A stretch of DNA of 42,289 nt, taken from NCBI GenBank assembly GCA_036351155.1, contig JAZBOO010000005.1:1-42289 (forward strand), read 5' to 3'. Made by a program: the position numbers and the translations under genes. The notes beneath the pieces are model-generated. The model did no database searches. It was not told where the DNA came from and was given only the letters and a program-made list of their open reading frames with translations. Position 1 is the first letter of the stretch. Every line of letters begins with the position of its first letter. The stretch comes from Candidatus Krumholzibacteriia bacterium (GTDB lineage: Bacteria > Krumholzibacteriota > Krumholzibacteriia > LZORAL124-64-63). Shown here piece by piece: positions 7,975 to 18,523 of the stretch.

Positions 7975-10137
7975 ATGAATCCTCGCATTCTGACCTTGCT
8001 GGCCGTCCTCGTGATCCTGCCCCCCGTTCTGGGCGGTTGTCTGGATCAAGATGAAAGCCCCTCAATGACCCGGGAACCGGTGACCATGGACAGATTGAAC
8101 TACCCGGAAACCAGGACCGTCGACCAGCAGGACGACTACCACGGCACGGTGGTGCCTGACCCCTACCGCTGGCTGGAGGACGCCGACAGCGCCGAAACCG
8201 CCCGGTGGGTCGAAGCGCAGAACGCCGTCACCTTTGGGTTCCTGGAATCCATTCCCGAGCGCACCCACTACGAAAAGCGCCTCACCGAGATCTGGGATTA
8301 CACCCGCTACGGAGTGCCCCGACAGAAGGGCAAGCGCACCTTCTTCACCCGGAACGATGGGTTGCAGGACCAGTCGGTCCTCTTTGTCCAGGACAGCCCC
8401 GAAGCCGAGCCCCGGGTTTTGCTGGACCCCAACACCCTGAGCGACGACGGCACCGTGGCCCTGGGCGGCTACAGCATCAGTGATGACGGGCGTTACCTGG
8501 CCTGGGCCACCAACGTGTCCGGATCGGACTGGCGCACCTGGTACGTGCGCGACGTGGACACGGGTCAGGACCTGGACGACAAGATCGAGTGGAGCAAGTT
8601 CAGCGGCGCCTCCTGGAACAAGGATGCCACGGGGTTCTACTACTCCCGCTACGACGCGCCCAAGGCCGGCGAAGCCCTCGAGGGCAGCAACTATTTCCAG
8701 AAACTGTTCTACCACCGGTTGGGCACCAGCCAGGACCAGGACCAGCTGGTGTACGAACGTCCCGACCAGAAAGAGTGGGGTTTCAGCGGCTCGGTTGCCG
8801 AGGATGGCCGCTACCTGGTGATCTCAGTGTGGCAAGGTTCAGCCGACAAGAACCGGCTGTACTACAAGGATCTTTTCGACAAGAGCCTGGTCGTGCGCAA
8901 GCTGCTGGACGACTTCGATGCCCAGTACACTTTCCTGCACAACGAGGGGCCCATCTTCTATCTGGCCACCAACCTGGAGGCGCCCAGACAACGGATCATC
9001 AGTATCGACATCACCCAGCCCGCGCGCGAAAACTGGAAAACGGTGGTGCCCGAGTCCGAAGACCCCATCGACGGCGTGTCGGTGGTCAACAACAGCTTCG
9101 TGGTCACCTACATGCACGATGTGGCCAACGAGGTGAAGGTTTTCGACTTTGCTGGTCATCTGAAGAATGAGATCGCCCTGCCGGGTCTAGGCAGCGTGGG
9201 CGGCTTTGGCGGCAAATCCACCGACACCGAAACCTACTACGTTTTCAACAGCTACCTGAACCCCAGCGAGATCTACCACCACAATTTTACCACCGGACAG
9301 AGCACCCTGTTCCGGGCACCGGAAATCGATTTCGACTTCAGCGGCTACACGACCACGCGCGTGTTTTATTCCAGCAAGGACGGCACCCGGGTGCCCCTGT
9401 TCCTGACCCACCGCAAGGACCTGGAACTGGATGGCACCAACCCCACCATCCTCTACGGGTACGGCGGATTCAATGCCTCCATGAACCCGGACTTCCGGAT
9501 TTCGCTCTTGCCCTGGATCGAAAATGGTGGGGTTTATGCCGTGGCCAACATCCGCGGCGGCGGGGAATACGGGCAGGAGTGGCACAAGGCCGGGACCCTG
9601 AAAAACAAGCAAAACGTTTTCGATGATTTCATCGCCGCGGCCGAGTATCTGATCCGCGAGGGTTTCACAAGCCCCAGCAAGCTGGCCGTGCAGGGCGGCA
9701 GCAACGGCGGTACCCTGGTGGGTGCGGTGATCAATCAGCGGCCCGAGTTGTTCGCCGCGGCACTGCCGGCGGTGGGCGTGATGGACATGCTGCGGTTCCA
9801 GCTGTTCACCATCGGCTGGGCCTGGACCAGCGACTACGGCAGCAGCGATGATCCCGAGCTGTTCCCGGTGCTGCGCGCCTATAGTCCGTATCACAACCTG
9901 GTGCCCGGAACCGAGTACCCCGCCGTGATGGTGACCACCGCTGACCACGACGACCGCGTGGTGCCCGGGCACAGCTTCAAGTATGCGGCACGTCTGCAGG
10001 CCTGCCAGGCCGGTAACCTGCCCGTGATCATCCGGGTCCAGACCAAGGCCGGTCACGGGGGCGGCATGCCCACCTCGATGGTCATCCAGGAAGTGGCCGA
10101 CCGCTACGCCTTCCTGCACCGAACCCTGGGGATGTAG
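7975..10137 (+). CDS. Prolyl oligopeptidase (S9A), probable lipoprotein
   Basis: DPYRWLED, LDPN, YGYGGF, RGGGEYG, GGSNGG (catalytic Ser), DDRV and AGHG; signal peptide ending LGGC. Confidence 0.95.
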   Translation: MNPRILTLLAVLVILPPVLGGCLDQDESPSMTREPVTMDRLNYPETRTVDQQDDYHGTVVPDPYRWLEDADSAETARWVEAQNAVTFGFLESIPERTHYEKRLTEIWDYTRYGVPRQKGKRTFFTRNDGLQDQSVLFVQDSPEAEPRVLLDPNTLSDDGTVALGGYSISDDGRYLAWATNVSGSDWRTWYVRDVDTGQDLDDKIEWSKFSGASWNKDATGFYYSRYDAPKAGEALEGSNYFQKLFYHRLGTSQDQDQLVYERPDQKEWGFSGSVAEDGRYLVISVWQGSADKNRLYYKDLFDKSLVVRKLLDDFDAQYTFLHNEGPIFYLATNLEAPRQRIISIDITQPARENWKTVVPESEDPIDGVSVVNNSFVVTYMHDVANEVKVFDFAGHLKNEIALPGLGSVGGFGGKSTDTETYYVFNSYLNPSEIYHHNFTTGQSTLFRAPEIDFDFSGYTTTRVFYSSKDGTRVPLFLTHRKDLELDGTNPTILYGYGGFNASMNPDFRISLLPWIENGGVYAVANIRGGGEYGQEWHKAGTLKNKQNVFDDFIAAAEYLIREGFTSPSKLAVQGGSNGGTLVGAVINQRPELFAAALPAVGVMDMLRFQLFTIGWAWTSDYGSSDDPELFPVLRAYSPYHNLVPGTEYPAVMVTTADHDDRVVPGHSFKYAARLQACQAGNLPVIIRVQTKAGHGGGMPTSMVIQEVADRYAFLHRTLGM

Positions 10138-10159
10138 CCAGGGGCGAAACCAGGTCATG

Positions 10160-10193
10160 AAAAAACCGCCGGCCTTTCGGGGTCGGCGGTTTT
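10160..10193. terminator. Bidirectional intrinsic terminator
   Basis: AAAAAACCGCCGGCC-TTTCG-GGGTCGGCGGTTTT between convergent genes. Confidence 0.85.
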
Positions 10194-10212
10194 CCATGCA
10201 GCAGGACCAGGA

Positions 10213-10617
10213 TCAGTACCCAGCCGCCTTGAACTTCTCCACGTACCGGGGATCCTCGCCCTGGATATGGTCGATCAGCCAGGTGCTCAGAAACACCAGG
10301 ATATCCACACCCAGATTGATGTCTCCGTTGCGGTGCTGCTTGTTGAACTCCATGGTCTTCCTCACGAAGGCGATGTGCTTCGCCCGGTGGGCGTCGAAGT
10401 CCTCGTAGCCCACCTCCTTCATGATGCCTTCCTCGAAAGTGAAGTGCTCGTCTATGTAGGACACCAGCTGCTCGAGCGCCTGCGCTTCGGCCTGCTGGTT
10501 GCTGGGCTCGGCTTCCAGTTCGATCAGCCGGTTGATCAGATCGACCAGCTTGCCGTGCTGGTTGTCAATGCAGTCGACACCCAGTTTCAGTTCTTCGGTG
10601 AACAGGATTTTATCCAA
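10213..10617 (-). CDS. Single-domain bacteriohemerythrin
   Basis: IDNQH, EHFTFEE, HRAKH and WLIDHIQGED di-iron ligand pattern; TTG start behind GGAGG. Confidence 0.92.
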   Translation of the reverse strand: MDKILFTEELKLGVDCIDNQHGKLVDLINRLIELEAEPSNQQAEAQALEQLVSYIDEHFTFEEGIMKEVGYEDFDAHRAKHIAFVRKTMEFNKQHRNGDINLGVDILVFLSTWLIDHIQGEDPRYVEKFKAAGY

Positions 10618-10682
10618 GGTTTTCCTCCCCTGGGAGTGGATCGGGTCATGTTTCCTTTATTGTCGGGCGATCAGAAGAAAAT

Positions 10683-11543
10683 TCAACGCTTTTTTGCCGC
10701 CCCATTCCGATCATACCCGGCCAGGAACAGACCGGCCACCACCAGAAGCAAGCCCAGGCCGGTGCGCCAGTAGTCCGCATCTTCCCCGAACACCACCCAG
10801 GACACCAGCACGGCCAGGGGAACCTTCAGGTTGTTGGCCACCCCCAGAAGGCCCGCAGAAACCAGAGCCGCCCCCTTGTTCCACAGGTAAAAACCCACGG
10901 CGGTGGGAATCAGACCCAGATAAACCAGGGCCGGCCAGTGCCCCATCTCCAGTCCGCTTCCCTGGGCCACCGGATGGGCCAGCAACCAGAGCGCAGGCAC
11001 CAGACATCCGCCCAGGTACATGCGCCCCATGAGGTGGACATCCCCCAGGGATTGCTTGCGTTTCAGATCGCCGTACAGGACTTGCCCCACCGCGAAGGCC
11101 AGGTTGGCCCCCTGCAAGAGGATGATGCCCCGCCAGGCCGCGTTCTCGGGCAGCCCCTGGGCCACAACCACGCCTGCACCGGCCACCGCCAGAACCGCCG
11201 CAGCCACGATGTGCCAGCTGGCCCGGTGCTGCCGCACGGCTGCCAGCCCCACCACATAAAGAGGTGTGAAGATGGTGAACAGGGCCACCATCCAGGCGGG
11301 CAAGTAGGCAAAGGAAGAGATGTACAGGACGTACATGAGACCGAACTGCAGCGCTCCCAGGCCCATGGCCTGCAGGTCTTGACGCCACCGCATCTCAAAA
11401 GGCCGCCAAAAGGGGAGAAATGCCAGGGTGGCCAGGGCCAGCCTGACCAGAGACACCAGGGCGGGATCCACCCCCGTCAGCTGCCCCTTGATCAGCCCGA
11501 AACTGAAGGCCCACAACAGCGAAGCCACCAGGAGGTACCACAT
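10683..11543 (-). CDS. EamA/DMT-family transporter
   Basis: About 10 hydrophobic segments; LLWAFSFGLIK start; YLG...GFYLWNKG in the second repeat. Confidence 0.88.
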   Translation of the reverse strand: MWYLLVASLLWAFSFGLIKGQLTGVDPALVSLVRLALATLAFLPFWRPFEMRWRQDLQAMGLGALQFGLMYVLYISSFAYLPAWMVALFTIFTPLYVVGLAAVRQHRASWHIVAAAVLAVAGAGVVVAQGLPENAAWRGIILLQGANLAFAVGQVLYGDLKRKQSLGDVHLMGRMYLGGCLVPALWLLAHPVAQGSGLEMGHWPALVYLGLIPTAVGFYLWNKGAALVSAGLLGVANNLKVPLAVLVSWVVFGEDADYWRTGLGLLLVVAGLFLAGYDRNGAAKKR

Positions 11544-11551
11544 ACGGCGGC

Positions 11552-13588
11552 CTACTTGAGCAAGGTGAGCTTGGCCACCGAGGTTCGTGAGTGCACCGAC
11601 AACCGGGCGAAGTACACGCCTGCGGCAGCGGTCTGGCCTCCGTCATCCTTGCCGTCCCAGATCACCTGGTGCTCGCCGGCCGACCTGCTCTCATGCAGAA
11701 GGGTCCGGATGCGCCGTCCCGAAACATCATGAATCACCAGTTCCACCGGAGCGGGTTCCCCCATCGTGAACTGCACGGTGGTCCGGGGATTGAAAGGATT
11801 GGGCCAGGCGCCGCTGATGGCCGTTTCACGAGCAGGCAGAGACTCCACTCCGGAAGTCCCCCCGGGAATGGTCTCGCACAGGATCCAGTTCTCGGGGTCC
11901 AGAGCAATGAACAGGGCATCGTCGGGCACGTCCAGGGTATACCACTGCTCCCGGCGATCGCACGGCACGGTGAAATCCACGAACGCCCCGCCCGGCGAAT
12001 ACACCCGCACATCCACGGGCATGTCGAAAATTCCGGTGTTGGTTTGCACCTGGGTGAGCTTCAGCTGCAGGCGCCGGGCCCCGGCCTCCCCGGCAAAGCT
12101 GTAGTCGTAGCGATAGCGGGGGAAGTAGCTCCCATAGATCCACTGCTGAAAGAAGCTGTCCAGCTCCCGGCCACTGACCGCTTCCATGGCATCGCGGAAC
12201 TGCTCGGTGGTGGCGCTGCCGTAGCCGTACAGCGCGCGGTAGTGGGCCAGGCCCGCGAAGAAATCCTCATCCCCAAGCACCCGGCGCAACATGTGGGGCA
12301 CCCACGAGGCCTTCAGGTAAGACAGGTTGTAATCGAAGATCGTCCAGAAATTGCCCGGGTTTTCCACGAAGATGGTGCCGTCGCCGGTGTACCTGGCCAG
12401 GGCCATCTCCTCGTGGTAGGCATCCACGCCCTCGTTGATCTCGCGCCAGTAGGCTTCGCTCCAGGTGGCGAATCCCTCGTTCAGCCAGATGTGCCCGAAA
12501 TCGGCGCAGGTCACCAGATCGCCCCACCACTGATGGGCCAGCTCGTGGGCGATGATGCCCTGGCCAAAGGCCCCGTAGTTCAGGCTGGTCAGGGTCTGGT
12601 GCTCCATGCCCCCGCCCCAGGGAAAGTGGGCATGGCCGTACTTCTCGTCGATGAAGGGATACTCTCCATAGGCCGCCGCAAAAGCTTGCAGCATGTCCAC
12701 GGTCACGGGAAAACCGGCCTCGGCCTGGTTCAGGGTTCCCGGCACGATGTAATGCCGCACCGGCATGACCTGCCCATCCAGCCCCGTGTAGCTATCCTCC
12801 AGCACGCTGTAAGGATGGATGGCCAGCGACACCAGATAAGTGACGATGGGGTAGTTCTCGCGCCAGTGATAGGTCACCCGATCGGCCACCGGAGAGGAGG
12901 TGCCGATCAACAGACCGTTGCTGGCCACCATCAGGCTGGCCGGAACCGTCACCCGCAGATCCACCGTGTCGGCCTTGTCCGTGTTCACGTCCTTGCAGGG
13001 CCACCACTGGCGGGCGCCGTAAGGCTCACTCAGTGTCCAGATCAACGGAGCCCCCGCGTAGTAGTCCCAGCCGAAGCTGTCGCCCTCGGGATTGCCTCCG
13101 TAGGTGACCGTCACGGTGAGCTCTTCACCCGGCAGGTAAGGCCGGTCCAGCACGATGGTCAGGATGTCCCCCTCCCGACTGAACCCTGCCGTCTGTCCCG
13201 CACTCTGCACGCTGCTGACCGCCATTCCGGCGCCCAGGTGGAGGTCTACCTGATCCAGGGCAGGATCGCCGGCCCCACCGACAACGCGCGCCCGCATGGT
13301 CACCACGCCCTCCAGCTGGAAGACCTCGGGGTACAGATCCAGGGCCAGGTCGTAGGCCAGAACATCGTAGCGATCCATGCTCGCGGTCTTGCCGGGATCC
13401 TGCTGCGCGAACTTCTGGTGCCGGCGGGCCTTGGTCTCCGCCTCGAGAGCCAGGCTCTGGTGCTTGCGGTACTGCGGGGCAAAGGGAGTGGCCTCGGGGC
13501 CGGGAGCCATGGGCACCGGCTGGCCCACCACGGCGGGCGCCTGCCCCAGAACGCAGGCCAGGCATATGATGATGAGTAAACGGGCCAT
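11552..13588 (-). CDS. Secreted M1-family aminopeptidase with FlgD-like C-terminal domain
   Basis: GGMEH, HELAHQWWG-x-WLNEGFA zinc motif; signal peptide from MARLLIII; C-terminal WPNPFNP...WDGKD...AGVYF...LLK. Confidence 0.92.
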   Translation of the reverse strand: MARLLIIICLACVLGQAPAVVGQPVPMAPGPEATPFAPQYRKHQSLALEAETKARRHQKFAQQDPGKTASMDRYDVLAYDLALDLYPEVFQLEGVVTMRARVVGGAGDPALDQVDLHLGAGMAVSSVQSAGQTAGFSREGDILTIVLDRPYLPGEELTVTVTYGGNPEGDSFGWDYYAGAPLIWTLSEPYGARQWWPCKDVNTDKADTVDLRVTVPASLMVASNGLLIGTSSPVADRVTYHWRENYPIVTYLVSLAIHPYSVLEDSYTGLDGQVMPVRHYIVPGTLNQAEAGFPVTVDMLQAFAAAYGEYPFIDEKYGHAHFPWGGGMEHQTLTSLNYGAFGQGIIAHELAHQWWGDLVTCADFGHIWLNEGFATWSEAYWREINEGVDAYHEEMALARYTGDGTIFVENPGNFWTIFDYNLSYLKASWVPHMLRRVLGDEDFFAGLAHYRALYGYGSATTEQFRDAMEAVSGRELDSFFQQWIYGSYFPRYRYDYSFAGEAGARRLQLKLTQVQTNTGIFDMPVDVRVYSPGGAFVDFTVPCDRREQWYTLDVPDDALFIALDPENWILCETIPGGTSGVESLPARETAISGAWPNPFNPRTTVQFTMGEPAPVELVIHDVSGRRIRTLLHESRSAGEHQVIWDGKDDGGQTAAAGVYFARLSVHSRTSVAKLTLLK

Positions 13589-13627
13589 GATGACTCCCGG
13601 ACGGAGAAAGGGGACGGCGACCCATGA

Positions 13628-13656
13628 ATTATAGGACAACTGACCCTCCACGTAAA
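13628..13656 (-). promoter_or_regulatory. Possible sigma70 promoter of the M1 peptidase gene
   Basis: Minus strand TTTACG-N17-TATAAT, about 40 nt upstream of the ATG at 13588. Confidence 0.45.
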
Positions 13657-13686
13657 CGGGACGGCCCCCGTTCAGGGACCGTCCCG
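13654..13686 (-). terminator. Probable terminator after gap
   Basis: CGGGACGG/CCGTCCCG stem with an inner CCC/GGG, followed by TTT on the minus strand. Confidence 0.5.
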
Positions 13687-13723
13687 CCATCAGATCATGA
13701 AGTGCTCAACCGACCCCGGGGGA

Positions 13724-14725
13724 TCAGCCGACTTCCATCATCAGGGTCAGCAGATCGCACACGCGGTTGCTGTAGCCCCATTCGTTGTCGTACCAGCTGA
13801 TGGTCTTCAGCAGGTTGCCGCCGATCACCGAGGTGCAGCCGGGATCGAACACCGAGCTGTGGGGATCGCCCACGATATCGGAGCTGACGATGAAATCATC
13901 ATTGTAGGACAGGATGCCCTTGAAGCGGTCGCTCTCGGCGGCGGCCTTCATGGCGGCGTTCACGTCAGCGGCGGTCAGGCTCTTGGACATGACCGTGGTC
14001 AGGTCGACCACCGAACCGTTGGGCACGGGCACGCGCATGGCCATGCCGTCCATCTTGCCGTTCAGGTTGGGCAGCACCTTGCCCACGGCCTTGGCCGCGC
14101 CGGTGGTGGTGGGAATGATGTTCTCGGCCGCCGCCCGTGCCCGCCGAAAGTCGCTGTGGGGCGCATCGACCAGCTTCTGGTCGTTGGTGTAGGCATGGGT
14201 GGTGGTCATCAGGCCGTGCTCGATACCGAATTCCTTGTCCAGCACGTAGGCCAGCGGCGCCAGGCAGTTGGTGGTGCACGAGGCGTTGGATACGATCTTG
14301 TGCTCGGCCTTCAGGTCCTCGTTGTTCACACCCAGGACGATGGTGGCATCGATCTCATCCTTCGAGGGCACGGTCAGAATGGCCTTGCCGGCGCCGGCGG
14401 TCAGGTGCTGAGCCACCGCTTCACGGGTCCGGAAAATACCCGTCGATTCGATGACGATGTCCACGCCCAGCTCTTTCCAGGGCAGCTCGCTGGGATTGCG
14501 CATGGCGGTGATCCGGGTGGTCCCCTTGCCCGTGATCAGCTTGTCCCCGTCCAGAACAGCCTGGCCCGGGAAATTGCCCATCACCGTGTCGTGGCGCAGC
14601 AGGTAAGCCAGGGCCTTGGGATCGGTGATGTCGTTGATGGCGACGATTTCCACGTCCGGACGATCCTGCAGAATGCGAAAAACCGACCGGCCGATCCTGC
14701 CGAACCCATTGATGGCAACCTTCAT
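13724..14725 (-). CDS. gap: Type I glyceraldehyde-3-phosphate dehydrogenase
   Basis: INGFGRIGR, SNASCTTNCLAP, TTGAAKAV and WYDNEWGY. Confidence 0.98.
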   Translation of the reverse strand: MKVAINGFGRIGRSVFRILQDRPDVEIVAINDITDPKALAYLLRHDTVMGNFPGQAVLDGDKLITGKGTTRITAMRNPSELPWKELGVDIVIESTGIFRTREAVAQHLTAGAGKAILTVPSKDEIDATIVLGVNNEDLKAEHKIVSNASCTTNCLAPLAYVLDKEFGIEHGLMTTTHAYTNDQKLVDAPHSDFRRARAAAENIIPTTTGAAKAVGKVLPNLNGKMDGMAMRVPVPNGSVVDLTTVMSKSLTAADVNAAMKAAAESDRFKGILSYNDDFIVSSDIVGDPHSSVFDPGCTSVIGGNLLKTISWYDNEWGYSNRVCDLLTLMMEVG

Positions 14726-14856
14726 GATAAACCTTCCTTGTCGAAATTCCGGTGAGGTCTGGCGGCAACAACTGGCGCCGCGGCACGATCCTCACCATAT
14801 TTTCCAGCCTTGATGCTGGCCTCTCTTACCAGAAACCCGAAAACCGGAGGACACCC

Positions 14857-15162
14857 GTGCCCACTTACGAGTATGAATGTACCCGCTGCAGCCTCGTCTT
14901 CGAGGAATTCAAGCCCATGTCGGCCCCCAAGCGCCAGCGTTGCCCGGAATGCCGGGGCAAGGTCGAGCGCCTGATCAGCGGCGGGACGGGTATACTTTTC
15001 AAAGGCTCGGGCTTTTACATCAACGACTCCCGTGGTAAAACAGGAGGGACGGGGAATGCGTCCGCCGAAGCGCAAAGTTCCGCCGCGGAAAAAGCCCCCA
15101 CCAAATCCAAGCCTGAAGCCAAGGCCAATGATACCAACAAAGGCCAGAAGAACAAGGCCTAA
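14857..15162 (+). CDS. FmdB-family zinc-ribbon protein
   Basis: GTG start behind GGAGG; PTYEYEC-x2-C...CPEC...FKGSGFY followed by a low-complexity tail. Confidence 0.88.
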   Translation: MPTYEYECTRCSLVFEEFKPMSAPKRQRCPECRGKVERLISGGTGILFKGSGFYINDSRGKTGGTGNASAEAQSSAAEKAPTKSKPEAKANDTNKGQKNKA

Positions 15163-15231
15163 CCGCCCATTCGGGCCGGATTTCCCGTTTCCGGCACCTT
15201 CGGGCCGGCCCCCTTACCCAGCGAGGTACCC

Positions 15232-16902
15232 ATGCCGATCGAAAAAGCCCTGGTCACCATCGACAACCGGACGGTGGAGATCACCCCCGGAACCACCCTG
15301 CGCCAGTACCTGGCCGACCAGAACCTGCTCGACCGGCACGAAGACAACCCCATCGCCATCGCCTCGATCAACGGGCGCCGGGTCAGCCTGGCCGAGCCCC
15401 TGTTTGGCGAGGACAGGATCCGGCTGATCAGACTGAAGGAAACCGAGGCCCACACCACCATTCAGCGCACCTTGCTTTTCGTGCTGAACGTGGCCGTGGA
15501 CGAGCTGTTTCCCGGGGCGCGCATCAAGGTCGATTTCAGCTACGGCTCGGGCACATACTGCGCCCTGGCCGACCACACGCCCCTGGATGCCGCCCAGATC
15601 GCCACCGTGGAAAAGCGCATGTACCAGCTGGTGGACCTGGACCTGGCCTTGACTCCCCAGCGTTTCGGCCTGCGGGCCTTGCAGAAGATGTACCAGCGCC
15701 TGGGTGACGAGGAAAATCTGACCACGGCCCGCTACATCCGGCGCGATTCACTGAATCTGTCCCGCATGGAAGGTCATGACCAGCTGTACTACGGGCGTCA
15801 GCTCCCTTCGACAGGCTACCTGCGGGCGTTCAAGCTGCTGCCCGAAGCCCCCGGGTTCGTGCTGCTTTCCAACGTCAAGGGGGAGCCGGCCCGCATTCCC
15901 GAGTTTCTGCCCCAGCCCAAGCTGCTGGACACCCTTCGCGAATACACCGATTGGTCCGAAAACATTCAGGTCAACACCACGGGCCGGGTGAACGAGTACA
16001 TCGTCCAGGGGCGCACTTCCGAGCTGATCCAGATCAGCGAGGCCCGCCACACCAAGTTCTTTGTCGAGGCCGCCCAGCAGATCGCCGACATGTCCGACCA
16101 GGGCCGACTGGTCCTTCTGGCCGGCCCCAGCAGCAGCGGCAAAACCAGCAGCGCCAAGCGGTTGTCGGTTCAGCTGCGGGTTCTGGGCTACCGTCCCTTT
16201 GCCCTGAGTCTGGACGACTATTTCGTCGACCGCGAGGACACCCCCCGCAGTGCCGACGGCGACTACGACTACGAAGCCCTGGGCGCCCTGAAGGTGGACC
16301 TGTTCAATCAGCACCTCAAGGCCCTGATGGCCGGCGAAGAGGTGCACCTGCCGCGGTTCAACTTCCGCACCGGTAAGGCCGAGGAGGCCGCCACCCCCAC
16401 CCGCCTGCGGCGGGGTGACCCCTTGCTGGTCGAGGGCATCCACGCCCTGAACCCCCTGTTGACCCCGGCCATTCCTGACTTCGAAAAAACACGGATTTAC
16501 GTGTCGGCCCTGTGCCACCTGAACATCGACAACATCAGCTACATCAAGACCACCCATAGCCGGCTGTACCGGCGCATCGTGCGTGACGCCCAGTTCCGGG
16601 GCTACACCGCCAGCGACACCCTGGCCCGCTGGCCCAAGGTGCGCCAGGGCGAGGAAGCGCACATCTTTCCCCACCAGAACAACGCCGACCTGTTTTTCAA
16701 CTCGGGATTGACCTACGAAATGGCGGTGCTGAAGCTGTGGGCCGAGCCCCGGCTGGCCGCCGTGGACCTGGACGACCCGAACTACGGGCTGGCTCGCACG
16801 CTGATCGACCTGCTGGCGCTGCTGTTGCCCATCGACGCCAGTCAGGTGCCCCCGACCTCGCTGTTGCGCGAGTTCATCGGGGGCAGCGGGTTCAATTACT
16901 GA
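15232..16902 (+). CDS. Nucleoside (uridine) kinase with N-terminal ThrRS-like domains
   Basis: LLAGPSSSGKT P-loop, LSLDDYF, EGIHALN, RRIVRD and SLLREFIGGS. Confidence 0.88.
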   Translation: MPIEKALVTIDNRTVEITPGTTLRQYLADQNLLDRHEDNPIAIASINGRRVSLAEPLFGEDRIRLIRLKETEAHTTIQRTLLFVLNVAVDELFPGARIKVDFSYGSGTYCALADHTPLDAAQIATVEKRMYQLVDLDLALTPQRFGLRALQKMYQRLGDEENLTTARYIRRDSLNLSRMEGHDQLYYGRQLPSTGYLRAFKLLPEAPGFVLLSNVKGEPARIPEFLPQPKLLDTLREYTDWSENIQVNTTGRVNEYIVQGRTSELIQISEARHTKFFVEAAQQIADMSDQGRLVLLAGPSSSGKTSSAKRLSVQLRVLGYRPFALSLDDYFVDREDTPRSADGDYDYEALGALKVDLFNQHLKALMAGEEVHLPRFNFRTGKAEEAATPTRLRRGDPLLVEGIHALNPLLTPAIPDFEKTRIYVSALCHLNIDNISYIKTTHSRLYRRIVRDAQFRGYTASDTLARWPKVRQGEEAHIFPHQNNADLFFNSGLTYEMAVLKLWAEPRLAAVDLDDPNYGLARTLIDLLALLLPIDASQVPPTSLLREFIGGSGFNY

Positions 16903-16914
16903 TCCATCAGGAAA

Positions 16915-17391
16915 TCAGGGAACCAGGAAGTTCTCTTGCAGCTTGGCCACCGCGTCGGCGGCCTGGTTCTCGTGGGTCACGAACGAGACCGTGGCCAGGC
17001 TGGTGGAAATCATGAGGATTTCGACCTCGGCCTCGGCCATGGAGGCGAACACCGTGCCGCTGATGGCGGGGCGTTCGGAAAAATGCGGGCCGTATATGGA
17101 CAGCACGCTGCAGTGGCGCACACATTCGATGGTGGCTGCCTGGATATCATCCTGCAGGTCCTGAAGTATACCGAGGGTCTGGTCCAGGTCGGGGTGGTTG
17201 ATGGCGAAGCAGAGGCTGCTCAATCCCTGGGCATCGGGAAAAGAGGTCACGCAGGTGATGTTGATGCCCTTGCCGCCCAGGGCAGACAGAGCCCGGCTTT
17301 CGACCCGGCTGCTCACCGGAGCCCCCAGAATCCTGATGATCACCAGATTGTCGGTTCTGGTGATACCTCCCACGGCGATTTTTCCGGTCAT
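16915..17391 (-). CDS. Stand-alone tandem ACT-domain protein, like the aspartokinase regulatory (beta) subunit
   Basis: GINI, LSIYG...P.I.G.VF..MA...V.ILMISTS...VSFV; GGAGGAG RBS before the ATG at 17391. Confidence 0.75.
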   Translation of the reverse strand: MTGKIAVGGITRTDNLVIIRILGAPVSSRVESRALSALGGKGINITCVTSFPDAQGLSSLCFAINHPDLDQTLGILQDLQDDIQAATIECVRHCSVLSIYGPHFSERPAISGTVFASMAEAEVEILMISTSLATVSFVTHENQAADAVAKLQENFLVP

Positions 17392-17601
17392 GCGGTGCAG
17401 CTCCTCCATAAGCGGGCAGGCCCCCGCTCCGGGACCCCCTTGCCATCCCAAGTTAATCCACAGCAAGCTGGAGACCAAAAAATCATTGGAATGGAGTGAA
17501 TGCGCTTTTCCGGTGACAGTACGCTGCCCCAGAGGCTATCCTTCGGAGGAGATCAAAACCGTGCCCACCGGCATTTCACCCACCACGCAGGAGCAGGAAA
17601 A

Positions 17602-18264
17602 ATGAAGAAAGTTGCCGTCATCCTGAGCGGCTGCGGCGTGTACGACGGGTCGGAAATCCACGAGGCCTGCGCCGCCCTGCTGGCCCTGGATCGCCTGGAC
17701 GCCCAGGCCGTCATTTGCGCCCCTCGCGGCCCCCAGATGCACACCATCAACCACCTGGCCGGCGAGCCCGAGTCCGGAGGCGCCCGCGATATCCTCGAGG
17801 AATCGGCCCGCCTGGCCCGAGGCGAGATCAAGGCCCTGGACGAGGTGGATCCCCTGGAAGTGGACGCGGTTCTGTTGCCCGGCGGGTTCGGTGCGGCCAA
17901 GAACCTGTGCAACTTCGCCACCGAGGGCGCCCGTTGCACCGTCCATCCCCAGGTGGAGGCCTTCCTGAAAGAGGCCCACCAGATCAATCGTCCCATCGGG
18001 GCCATGTGCATCGCCCCGGTCATCCTGGCCCGTATCTTCGGCAAGGAACTGGCGCCGCGCCTGACCATCGGGACCGACCGGGACACCGCCCTGGCCATCG
18101 GCGACATGGGCGCCCAGCACGTGGACTGCCCGGCCACCGAAACCGTGGTCGACCAGGACAACAAGCTGGTGACAACCCCTGCTTACATGTCGGCCGGACG
18201 GATTGGCGAGGTTTTCGACGGCGCTCTGGGATTCGTGGAAAAGCTGCTGGCCCTGACCCGCTGA
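17602..18264 (+). CDS. elbB: ElbB-type DJ-1/PfpI superfamily glyoxalase
   Basis: MKKVAVILSGCGVYDGSEIHE, ESARLARG, PGGFGAAKNL, MCIAP and TTPAYM. Confidence 0.93.
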   Translation: MKKVAVILSGCGVYDGSEIHEACAALLALDRLDAQAVICAPRGPQMHTINHLAGEPESGGARDILEESARLARGEIKALDEVDPLEVDAVLLPGGFGAAKNLCNFATEGARCTVHPQVEAFLKEAHQINRPIGAMCIAPVILARIFGKELAPRLTIGTDRDTALAIGDMGAQHVDCPATETVVDQDNKLVTTPAYMSAGRIGEVFDGALGFVEKLLALTR

Positions 18265-18312
18265 ACTGCCCGCCCCGTCGGAGGGTTGGTTCGGTTCTCC
18301 ACTCCAGAAACC

Positions 18313-18343
18313 AGGCCCTGCGAACCACCTTTTCGCAGGGCCT
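18313..18343. terminator. Perfect 12-bp hairpin downstream of elbB
   Basis: AGGCCCTGCGAA-CCACCTT-TTCGCAGGGCCT; weak U-tract. Confidence 0.5.
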
Positions 18344-18523
18344 ATCGCTATCTGTGGGGGTGCCGGCGAATCCCTGCCACAAGGTGTTGCCTTTTTCCCT
18401 CTGATCAGGTTAATGTTCCCGCATTCACTCGCCCGTGAATCCCATCAAGATCAAATTTGTGCCGGCGCTTTTCGCGTTGCGGCCCCTGTTATCTGTTTCT
18501 GTCCTGTCTGGAGGAGCCACATC

